NCBI RefSeq assembly: GCF_002571385.2
Contig: NW_019218282.1
Coordinates: 131,530 to 195,529 of the forward strand
DNA: 64,000 nt
Source of the DNA: Stylophora pistillata
Taxonomy: Eukaryota
Direction of reading: 5' to 3'
In this document: one piece after another, positions 1 to 12,100 of the stretch
Position numbering within the stretch: the stretch's first letter is position 1
Layout: every line of letters begins with the position of its first letter
Notes under the pieces: model-generated
Told to the model about the DNA's origin: nothing
Seen by the model: the letters and a program-made list of their open reading frames with translations, nothing else
The model's database searches: none
Made by a program: the position numbers and the translations under genes

Positions 1-171
1 AAAAACAAAAACAACTAAACTCAGATCAATTGTTAAATAAAAAGTTGTTAAAATTAATCTGATATGTTTGAACTGCGTTGAAGATATTTTATGAAATATA
101 TCCTCTTCCTACAATGAAATTCATTGAGTGTAGACAGAAGGAATGACGACTGCTGCAATCTTTCTGTACAG

Positions 172-3100
172 GGGTCATCTCTACAGATTTGATGACTTTT
201 TGACGGCTTGGTCCGAGAAACTAAGAGCTAAGGAACCAACAAGTATGACTGTGAGACTGCAGAAAGATGTCGACAAGTACAAGGTGATTCAGTTGTTGTT
301 GTTTTTACGTGCAGTGGTTTTACAAACAGTGTAAGGCTTGAGTAATCGCCCTAGCAGACAACAAAAAGTAGACGTTTGAACTTGAGTCTCGCAGTAGAGG
401 ACTACATTGTTACGTGACACTGCATGGTTGTAGCAAGAGGGAATCACTGTCTCACTTCCAAACAGAGCAAACGTTTTATTACCTTTGGTGGACAAGAATC
501 TTCATAAGGGAAACTAATAGAGCACTTCTCGATTGAATGTTTGTAAAACCAAAGCAAAGTGATCATTTTAACCAATCAGAAGAAAGCTTAACATTGCAGG
601 GAACTAGTGACAAGTCCGTAAGTTGAAAAGGTGCAAACGGCCATAGCATGGGAAACGCGCATTGGGTTAGTGTTTGATTGGTTCGAGAGCATGGCGCGAA
701 TTTTCAGGATCAATTCTTTTGCAACGTAAAGTTGGGACAATGTGCATTAGATTACTTTCAATTCAAAATTGTTGAAATATTCTAATCAGATATCCTAGCC
801 TAGTGAACTGCGATAATTCGGTTTAGTATGATGAGACTTCAATGTGTTGTTCTTTCCTTTAGAACATTGTTCCCCTTCTAAAGTATGTCCGTGGAGAAGC
901 TTTGTCTCCTGACCACTGGCTAGAGTTGTTCAGACTTCTCAAGATGCCCAGAGGTACCATCTTGGAGAAGCTGACATTTGGAGATGTTCTCGAGAGTGCT
1001 GATCAAATTATTGCACATGCTGATGCTCTCAAGGTGAGATGAAGGGTCACCCTAACTGAGGTAAAACCAAAAACAGCCATCAACGGCTCGTTAAAGAGCC
1101 ACGTACAACCGCATGATCAAACCCTAAGTCCTGTAGATATCATCGTTAAGTTAGCTGTTTTCCCTCAATGTTTCTCTAGGCTTGGAGATGACATAGCTCG
1201 TGATTAGTTATTTCTGTTGACAGGAACTAAACAGTCGGGCTCAAGGAGATGTTTCAATCAGGGAAGCCCTCAGAGAACTGGAACTGTGGGGTGCTGGTGC
1301 CGTATTCTCCCTCACGTCATACGTGGATTCACACAACAAAGAGTTATCCGTCATCAAGGACTGGAAAGATCTGGTTAATCAGGTTAAGAAATTCAACTTT
1401 GAATTCAATTTGAAATTGTACGCAGTTGCGTCTTACAGCTGAGCAACGTGATAGGGTCACTTTCACACGGCACAGTTTTAACATAGGGTGGCAGAGTAAG
1501 CATGAAGCTTTATATGGTATGCAATGAGAGCTATATTTTCGGGATGTTCGCACCACCTCTCAGCTATTTCTGCATTTGGCAGCTGCCCATCCCCCTCTCT
1601 CAATATTTGATAAGGTTTGATTTTAACTTTCTTCATCTATCTTGTTTCATTTCAAGGTTGGTGACAACCAGTGCCTGCTTCAGTCATTAAAGGACTCTCC
1701 TTACTACAAAGGGTTTGAAGATAAGGCTTCCCTGTGGGAAACCCGTTTAGCCGACCTTGATGAGTATCTTCACAACCTCAACCAAATCCAGAGAAAGTGG
1801 GTATATCTGGAGCCCATTTTTGGCCGGGGAGCACTCCCCAGAGAACAGGGAAGGTTCAAAAGAGTGGATGATGATTTCAGGTTTGTTATCGTTAATTTTG
1901 ATTAAGATTATAGAAATGAGTGAAAAGCAGATGTCATAAGAATAAGGTAACGGTGCCTTCTGAAAGGAAATAATTGTGGGTCGCTTTTTTTTCTAATTTT
2001 TGTTTCGATTTATGCAAAGTATAATGCTTGGGAGGGATCTCTGTTCATCTGCAAATTGATTAAAAAGCTGTGATGCTGGTTGTTGAGTTAATGTGCGTTA
2101 AAGGTAGCAGAAACAGATGTGCACACTTAGTTTTACTGAACGAGAAAGAGCGACTAAGTAATGCAAACTTACTTGGCCCATGACTTGTAAAAATGCGGCA
2201 GATATTGCCCGAATTGTATGTGTGCAGAAGCGAATTGTGGTAGGTGGGTTTCAAAGCTATCCATCTAACTTTAGTGGAGGTTGCCTTTTGATAGTTTTCG
2301 CGCAGTGCTGATTTTTTTCACTCCTTTTCCATTCTTTTAAATATGAATGAAATTTTAAAATATTTTTGCCGTCCAGGGCCATCATGCAAGACGTTTCAAA
2401 TGACAACCGAGTGTTGTCACTCGTGGCTCAATCAGGCATCAGAAACACCCTGGTTACGCTCTTGGATCAGCTGCAGAGATGTCAGAAGTCTCTTAATGAG
2501 TTCCTTGAGGTAAGAATTGCATTTCTATCGAATTTTATTGTGCTTTTGGCTTGAAAAAAATGGGCAGAACAGAGCTTATTCGTAAAAAATTGTATTTGTA
2601 GAACCCATCCAATAAAGGTTCTCTGATTTTATGCAACATGTTAGGTGTCATTACTTGTCTGATATAATTAGCCCTTTAACCTCCAAAAAGGGTTACATCT
2701 TACTTCTCCTTACAATTCCAATACATTATGAAGCAAACTGTTGACGAGAAAAAGGTTATATTAGGGACCTTAAGAAACCACGACGGCGACGGCAACGACG
2801 ACGTGGAAAAACAAGAGATCTAATTGGCAGAACAATAGCTCAGCACATGNTAACCGCCGCCTGGTTAGCTCAATTGGGAGAGCGCCGGACTGCTGTGCGG
2901 GAGGTCGAGAGTTCAATACCGGCCGGACCAACACTCAGGGTCTTAAAATTAACTGAGAAGAATATGCTTCCTTTCTTTAACATCAAGAAATGGTTAGATA
3001 TTCTAGTCTTCTCGGATAGGGACGAATAAATGGAGGTCCCGTCTCCTGCAGGGTTAGGGGCAGGAGACGTTAATTTCCCACGCACGAGATTACTGTGTGA

Positions 3101-6100
3101 TGGATGTCCTCCCCTGGGGTGGGTTGGGTGGGTAACAGGACCCCCGTTGATACCAGTGTTTACTACACTGAAGGGGCTATCCTGTATAAATATAGATGTC
3201 TGTCTGTCTGTCTGTCTGCTGTACGAGACAGTAAGCTCCTACAGCCATTTTTGGAATTCTAACTAAGAGTAGAAATTAATTTTTTAATCGAAGTCTTCCT
3301 TGGCGTCGCCGTCGTGGTTTCTTAAGGTCCCTAATATCTGTTAGAGTGTAGTACGTGTATCTTCATTCAAAGCACCACCTCACTTTACCTGCAGTAACTT
3401 TTAAGGAAGAGAGATAATAACAAGCAAGGGGAATCGCTAATCAGATAAGTCATGTCAGTAATGCAAGGCTAATCGCTGAACTCATTCATACCTTGAAAAA
3501 TAAAAAAAAACGAAAAAAAGAAACTAAGGTGATGTCTCACTTAAAATACGGGCGTAATTCACGTAATTCAACGGGCGTAATTCACGATGGATGACAATTT
3601 CTCTCATAGGAAAAGCGCGCGCTCTTCCCACGGTTTTATTTCATCGGTGATGATGATTTACTGGAGATTCTTGGTCAAGCCACCAACCCACAAGTGATTC
3701 AGTCGCACCTGAAGAAACTCTTCGCAGGGATACACAGTGTCGTGTTTGATGATGGATGTAAGACCATAATGGCCATGAAGTCCCTGGATGGAGAAGTTGT
3801 CCCTCTCAAGAGGCCAGTTACTATAACTCCAGAGGTTGAGGTGAGTAGTAGTGGTGCCAAACCAAAGTAAACACAGCAACCAATCAAAACAAAGGTGAAC
3901 GTCATTATTAGCCAGGGAGAACGCAAATTGTAAACAGGTAAACCGCTTAAAGAGCGGGAATGCCCGAGCAATAAGTCGTAATTTTTTTTTAGTTTTATAT
4001 CTGCTTGTTAGTGACGATGATGGGATGTTTCTTCTAATATCACAGAACAATACAAAGTAAAAAGCTAAGCAATCCTGGAGTGCAAACTGTGCTTATTGTC
4101 CCTCGCCGTTGTTTTTTTCTTTCCATTGATAGGTTTGGCTTGGTGATCTTGCTAATGAAATGAAAGACACACTGAAGCAGCTTGTGGTTGATTGTTTGAG
4201 TGCCAGTAGGAAAGGAGGATCGAGTGGTGGAGTTGACCCTTCCAAGTTCCCCTCACAGGTGTGGTGGTTGTTTTCTACATTATTACGCATCTAATTTCCA
4301 GTTAATGGCTGTTACGATGGGAAGTCTTGTCTCGGAGAAGAGTTGCTTCTCCGTAATGGAGTTTGATGACAGGAAGGAGTAGCCCCATATTAGGCACTAC
4401 CATGACTTTATCGCTCTTTTCCTGTGAAGATAAATTCGTTTTATACACAAATATGATTTATTTCATGCGCTATTTGTAACTTCAAGTTTTTAGGAAGTTC
4501 TTTATGGGCGGCAATTGTCTATTTTTTACTCTGACTTGAGTTGTCAGGTAATAGTTTGTACAAGAATAATGTCAAGGTATTCATAGCTATGATCAATTAA
4601 GATTATTATATTATTATTTTTGTCTTTGATATTTTTTTTTTTCGCGCACAGATACTCTGCCTTGCTGAACAAATCCAGTTCACAGACCGTTGCGAGGCGG
4701 CCATCAAAAGCAACTCCCTCCAAGAATTTCAGATCGAGATGGAGTCCCAGCTGGAATCTTACACAAACGCGGACATCAGTGGAGGGAGCTCCTCTGACTC
4801 GGAATCGCGTGTTTTGGAACTCAAGCTGAAGGCGCTGATCCTGGACACGATTCACGCCATTGATGTGGTACAGCAGCTGATCAAGCACGGAGTCAAGTCA
4901 CTGGACGACTGGATATGGCAGAAACAACTTAGATTGTACATGCAGAAACAAAGAGGTTTGTTAAATAGTGAAAATTGTCTCCTTCGAGGAACTGAAATCC
5001 CAGACCTTCGCATTTGGCACACTGATGTTCTGCCTTTTAACATTGCTGATGTAAGCAGTATAGGTCGGGAGCCTGTGGCATATAATACTGTAAATGGCCC
5101 CTTTCACCAACGAGTTCACTGTAGCTCAGTTGTAGACCAACCGAGTGCGAAATCCGAAGGTCTGGGGGCTCAATTCCATGGGAGGGGGGGGGATTGTACT
5201 CATGATAATTTGCTTTAGGCTGTGAATGGAAGGTTGAAGATAGGATGGTTGAGTGTGGAAATGATTGACGTCGTTAGTTTTGATGGTGAAAACGAGATTA
5301 ACAGAGACACTCTCTTTTCAATCGTCCCATTCTTGGTCTTTGCTTTTTATTTTATGGATTTCCATCGAATGATTCTAGGAGATAATACTGCATAATTATT
5401 TTATTTCACAGAGATCTGTAAAATTCGAATGTGTGATGCTGAATTCGACTACACTTACGAATATCAAGGCAATGCAGCCAAACTAGTGCATACGCCTCTC
5501 ACGGACAAATGTTACCTGACTCTTACCCAGGGCATGCACATGGGGCTGGGCGGAAACCCATATGGGCCGGCTGGAACTGGGAAGACTGAGTCAGTAAAAG
5601 CTTTGGGAGGCTTGTTTGGCCGACAGGTTCTTGTTTTCAACTGTGATGAGGTAGGAAAATCAAACGCTCTAACGATCGTGATCCCGCGTTCAGCCTTGCA
5701 ATCGCAATAATCCTCGGTTCTGTTTCGAGAGATGCTGGTTGCGGTTAGAATCTTTAAGAGAAAATCATTTTACTTGTTCCAACCCCGTGATCTTTGTCTA
5801 TTATGTTATTAAAAAAATACATCCATCCTGAAGAAGAGAGTGCAATGATTTCACTCTACATAGCGCATATATCGATTTTTTGATAATTTAACTTGTACAT
5901 GTAGGGTATTGATGTCAAATCCATGGGTCGTATCTTCATCGGGCTGGTAAAATGTGGAGCATGGGGCTGTTTTGATGAGTTCAATCGTCTGGAGGAAGCT
6001 GTCTTGTCCGCTGTGTCCATGCAGATTCAGACCATACAAGCTGCGCTCAAGAGTAAACTGTCCGCCACAGAACTGCTCGGGAGACAGGTACTGTATGCTT

Positions 6101-9100
6101 GGATTTGTAAAGTTGGATATCTACTACACTTGTGAGCTGAGCACTTGATTTTAATTGGCTTGTTGTGTTTTTAGAGTTAAAGCCAACCGTTTTACCCTTT
6201 TATCCAAATTTACGACAAATTTGGCCATAGATTTGGAGCTCTCTTGTCGGAAACTCATAAGCGCTTTCCTTTCCACCTACCCCAGCTTCGACTATGTTTT
6301 GTTGACAATTTGTTAGTTCATTTAGTAGAAAAGGTTCATACCGGAACTTCACCTAGGTACAAGATATATCCTCCATTCTGTACACACCAGAAAAATGATA
6401 AAAACAAATACCTGATATAGCAATGTTTTAGTTCATAGTAAAATAACAATAAAACAATAAAATACAAATAATAGAAAGAGAGCTCCATCATCCTAGGTGG
6501 TTTTCAGGAGAGGGTGGGTCCTTTAAAAACGGGGAAAAGTCCGATATAAGAACATTTCTCCGAGTGTTGCCACCTTGAGTGTTGCTATTCTATCAACAAT
6601 GTTTTTGCGAACTGTTGTTTTACCTGGTTGTCTTAAGTTTTTGTTTGTATAGTGTCTTCTTTATCTTATTTTTTAGCTGGTAATACTTGAAGCGATTTAT
6701 CTTGTCTTAATTTTGGTTTTTCTTCATCGTAGGTTGAGTTAGATCCTAATTCAGGAATCTTTATCACTCTTAACCCGGCGGGTAAGGGTTACGGGGGACG
6801 TCAGAAGCTCCCAGATAACTTGAAGCAATTATTCCGTCCTGTGGCTATGTCCCGACCCGACAACGAACTAATCGCTGAAGTAATCATGTTCTCTGAAGGG
6901 TTCAAGGAAGCCAAGAGCTTGGGGAGAAAACTGGTGGCCATCTTCAACTTATCCAAGTATGATAGTCCAGTGATACGCTTTCGATGTTGCACGAAATGCT
7001 GGGAATCACGTTCATATTCTTTGTTTTGCTGTGTGAATCTTTAGAAAACTCGAGCCACCCTCACACGAAATCTGATGAAGAGCTAAAACAAGCCAATCAC
7101 GACTCGGTCACTCAACTGTTGGCCATCATTTAGCACTGTACTCTTATTTACTTTTATTTTTGTTTACTTATTTATTATGGCTTCTTCTGATATTTTTCTC
7201 TGTTCTGATGAACTCGAATGAGAGAGGTGAGAAAATAAGTGATAATGTAATATGTGCTGAAAGAGATTTCACCCTTTAATTTTTTAGGGAACTCTTATCC
7301 CAACAGCAACATTATGATTGGGGGTTGCGTGCACTTAAGACTGTTTTGAGGGGCTGCGGGAACCTTCTACAGTCACACAAACAGACGAACGGGCAAGGTA
7401 GGCCTTCGGTACGCCTCGAAAAGAGGCTGAGAAAAAAGAACCATAGTAATCACTTTGTTATCTTCCTCCTTTGCAATTTCATTTCTAAGGGATACCAGAG
7501 CCTCTCACCTAGGTTATGAATTTCAATCTTTTAGGAAGGACCAATGTGAAGCTGCATCAACGCGGCCTCAGAATGTCCCTCTTTTTCGCATGCTTGACTC
7601 AAAGAAAATAATAAATTTTGCCAACGCGATTCGCGCTCAAAAGGATATTCGGGCTCAAGAATGTTTCCCTTCCTCGCTGAAACTAGCTGGGCATAGCGAT
7701 TGCAAAGTAAGGGTACACATGGCCCTGAAGTGTTTGTGGAAGATCAATAAGAGTCACTTTGTAAAGAACAATGAAAATCATTGCATTTCCTAAGGATGTG
7801 GCAATAACGAGAAATGTGCAAGACAACCAAAAAATACAGCTGTGTTTATCGAAATATGGTGGCAGGTGCACTTTAAGTATGCCCAGCTCTTCTAATTATG
7901 TGCAGCTCTTTCCCAGTAATAGCAATTAGTTTGTTTAAAATACACAAGCTTTGTGGCTAGTCGGATATTCGTTGGAAGACATGACCAACTGTCCTTTTTT
8001 ATTTGAAATGCAACGTTTGTCTCACGATGTGGTCACATGGAATGTGGATCGCGACATTTCGGCTGTATACTGGTAGTCTTCTTCAGGTGATGAGATCGAC
8101 TGAGTACGCGTCACCTATGCGCTTCATTTCAGAGCGGGCGGTGTCCGGTGTTGTAAGCGTATTCTGAGACGACGGAAGTCTATGTCTTAGAGAGTCGGAT
8201 ATCCCTGTCGTGTCCCTTGATTCTCTCCTACACAGGTCTGCCAGTCTCAATATAAACCTTCCCGCACTCACAGGCAATCCTGTAGACCGTGCTATCATGT
8301 TTAACCGGGTCGACAGCATCCTTTGGGCGTACTAGCTGTGAACGTAACGTAGTCTCTGACTTGGAAACAGTGCGTGTGCCTTGTCGTTGTACACAGCGGC
8401 GAAGTTGTTCCAAGAGGCGTTTGACATAGGGTAGGACTGTGGTGGATCTAAACTTGGCGGTGGGTTCGGTGCTGGCGGTCGGTGTCTTGGTTTTTGTCAA
8501 CGTCTGTACGAAGGAGGAAGGATAGCCATTAGAAACAAGCACAAAATACGACGTCCATAAAATCAGACCCGCCTACAATTATAACTCCTGAACTTTGTAT
8601 TCCTCATTTATTACATTTAGACGAACGCGCGAGAGATAAACTAGACGTGTGGTCATGAATTGAGCGTAGTTATTTATAAAACTGTCACAAACTGATGCCA
8701 GCGTAAAGGCATTCGCAACGTTGCTTTCAAGTTCAAATTTGGTTGTGGTATTGTTTGTGTGAAACGTTGTGTAAAGCTGCTTGTTTAAGTTGACTGAGAG
8801 GTTCTGAATACGTGTACCTGAAAAGGTTGTCGTGAAATTGCCTTGAAAATTTCTCATACCTTACTGGCTTCTCATTTTTATCGATGGTAAAGATAATACT
8901 AGCTCCACTATTTCAATGTTTTATCAAATTTCGAAAAACTTTGAAAAATTAACTGGGATGCTACTGTCGATTTCACATACATCACCTTGTTTTAGAAATT
9001 ATATTAAAATGCAAATAACAATGCCTGCCTTACGGTTAACGACTTTTTATTCACTACAATCAAAATGTTAAATATTATGTATATTATATATTATATATTA

Positions 9101-12100
9101 TATATTATGTTAAGATATTTTTACTCCAAACCGTTTACATCAGTACCTTTGATCACTAAGAATTGCTTTCTATTCTGCTATAAATTATTTTGTTCTGCTC
9201 AACTCTACCTAGTCACATTTCACAACTTAGTATGAACTTGTATTTTAATATATCCTGACTGCTCCTTTGGTTTACTCACTTTATTATTATAATCGATATC
9301 TCTTTTCTTCACTTGGTGTTTGTAATGCCAACTTGCGTGGTCCTTTGTAATTGATAATAGCCTCAGTTTCTAAAAGCATATGATTGGCGTGTATTAAAAT
9401 TGCTGTAAATGTCTCTAAACCTTTATCTCTCTGAAGAGATATACTAAAGTTGTTACTTGAAATTGCAATACATTTCTTAGAAAAGAGGAGGTAAGAAAGA
9501 GCAATGCTGAGTGATTTTCAGCAGATACGGAACGACGAAGTTCTGTCTTACTAATTTTGTTGAAATTCAAACACTGAGCTCTTCCTTCCCTCTGTATACA
9601 GCGCACGAGTTCAGTTTGGTTCACAACAGCTAATCAACTGACTAATTGTCTCCTTTGTTGCCTGTTTCACACTTTTGATCTTCCAGCAGTAAAGAAAAGG
9701 GTTCAGCGCTGAGTTAAGATAAACAAACGATAGGACAATGTACTGAACAATGTCAGGAATAACAACAGATTTTGTATAGATGATCAAACGTGCGAAGCAA
9801 GTACAGAAATATTCCCTAGAAGTTTGAGGAGCATCGTTTCAAACTTGCCGCGGGGACGATATATAGCAAAATGATGCGGGCATTATAAATACTATAGTGG
9901 AAATAAATGCTCGAATATACCTTTATCTGACAGTGATCGGCAATTCTGTTTAGGTGAATAAAGGGGGTTATTTCCTAAAGAAACTGTGGTGTTGCGTCGG
10001 TGTGGGGTATAGCGAGACAATTTGGTTTGCGCTCTGACGAAGGCCTCACGCTCTAAACGGCAGCTTTGAAATTCTTTACGGTGGCCAATTTACGTTATCA
10101 ACTCAGTTGATAAAAACGAAATTCTTTTCAGGCCACGTTTTAATGGACTTCAATTAAAACCAGACAGCCTTCGAACTTTGATAGTTAAACCGTTTTTTCG
10201 TTAAACAGTACTTTGATTGTTAAAAGGCCATTTATCCGAAACTGTCAAAGGGTTTGGTTTTTTGCGCAATTAGACTTTCAAATGTGGCCGCTTTATTATT
10301 TATTTTTGTCAAATTGCAAAATGAACAGCTGGAAAATCAAGTGATCATTCCAATTCCAATTCCAGTCATTTAGTGAAAGTCATTTTGTAAAGGGCGCCAC
10401 ATGAAAACGACCTCTTTGACCCTATGTCCATTTACAATTTAAAAATCTGCGACTTACCTGTCATTTACGTATTACATGCATTTAAAACGCCTCAAGTTAC
10501 ATGCAAACATGTTTGCGCCTGCTAGGTTTATAGCATTGCAATATTCTGAAATTCTCTGAAAGAAAGCGACCTGCTTTTAAAAAAAAAAAATGCATTTGTA
10601 ATTGTAATGAAACTGCTTCACACCTTACTCGATCAGGTCCTTTTTTCGCATCAGTAAGCCATTTTCGAAAAAAACTGACGATCCATTGAAAAATAAAACC
10701 CACAGTATCGAAATTTGTGTCAAGATGTGTCGATTTACATTTGGTACGTCAAATGTAATGAAAAGGCAAACAACAAAGCCTTTTCGTGTCTTTGTTCCGT
10801 TTGTTTTAAGACTTTTCGTACATCATGTATGACTATGAGTCTGAGTCACCATGACTCTGAATATATGATAGTCATATTTTCACAGTAGTTCATTCATCAC
10901 TTCACGGGTTTATTAAGAACCAACAAAATCTTCAGCTCTCGGTTGACCTGTTGGCTCAGTTGGAAGAGCTCTGCTCCAGTACCGCAGCGGTCATAGGTTC
11001 AATTCCCGTACAGGGCTGAATTTTCTTCAGGCTTTATTTTCACTGCTGCTTAAGAACCCTAAGTAGTGTTCACAACTAAGATTATCACATTCGTCTTAAA
11101 TTACAATCATTATGTTTGATTACCAATACTTTTACTCGTTTTGATCCATTTTCACCTCCACAATAGTTTCAATGCGTTAAGTGTATGGTATTAAAACCTA
11201 ATTTTCGTACGAATGCTAAGAATTACATCCTGCACAACATTTTATACACATTTCAGATCAAATTTCTTTAATTTGTCCCTTTATTTTCGTTTAATATTTT
11301 AGTGAGGGAAAAACCACTCAAACAATCCCTAACTTAGCTCTTTCTCATTCGCACCATTATGTTCTGATTCTCCTGTTTCAGTTAATGCTAAAGTGGAAGC
11401 TCGCTTAGTTGTACAAGCTCTCCGTGTGAACACACTGTCCAAGCTGACCTTCGCAGATTCAAAGAGGTTCGACGCCCTGGTTCGAGATATCTTTCCAGGT
11501 GTGGACTTCAAAGGCGTCGAGTATGCTGAATTAGCGGAGGCACTGAGAACCTCTGCTCAGGAATCCAACTTGATGGTCATGGAGACCCAGGTAAATATTT
11601 GCCGAGAGCTTACAATAAATACGCTTGACATGAATTTAGCTGACTTTCGAAGGAAACTTACATTAGACCGATGTTACAAGATAATCACTACAAATCATTA
11701 GATGGTCTAAATGGTGAACCTTAATATTGACTCGAATAGTTTCAGTTTACTTGAGCATCGAAAGTAATCTCAGATTACGTCTGTTTGTTCTTGTCAGGCC
11801 ATTCTCTCAACAGGTCCGATGCGAAACTAGAACAAATCGTGACTTCAGCGCGCTTCAGGCAGTTTTCTTGATTTTACTATGACTTCCCACTGGTTCCTTG
11901 CGAAAGTTATCTTTTCTTTATTAGTTGGCCTTTGTAATTACTACGGTTTTGGTCTTGCAACACGTGATCGAAATGTGCTCTTTACAAGTAAGAATAACAA
12001 TAACAATAACAATAAACAGGGAAAATCGAAAATAAGGTTGCAACACTCCTGTGAATATGTCCCAATTATCAGGTGAAGAAAGCTCTCGAATTGTACGAAC

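Noticed and set aside
2853-2930. Functional tRNA gene (also 10945-11015, 12770-12844, 49305-49375)
   Set aside because: A and B boxes are present, but acceptor and anticodon stems are imperfect and the heads run into repeat bodies, so they are SINE-type heads.
7071-7240. CTGATGA motifs at ~7072 and ~7205 as hammerheads or C/D snoRNA boxes
   Set aside because: No correctly placed stem II plus GAAA, and no terminal stem or guide pairing could be seen.
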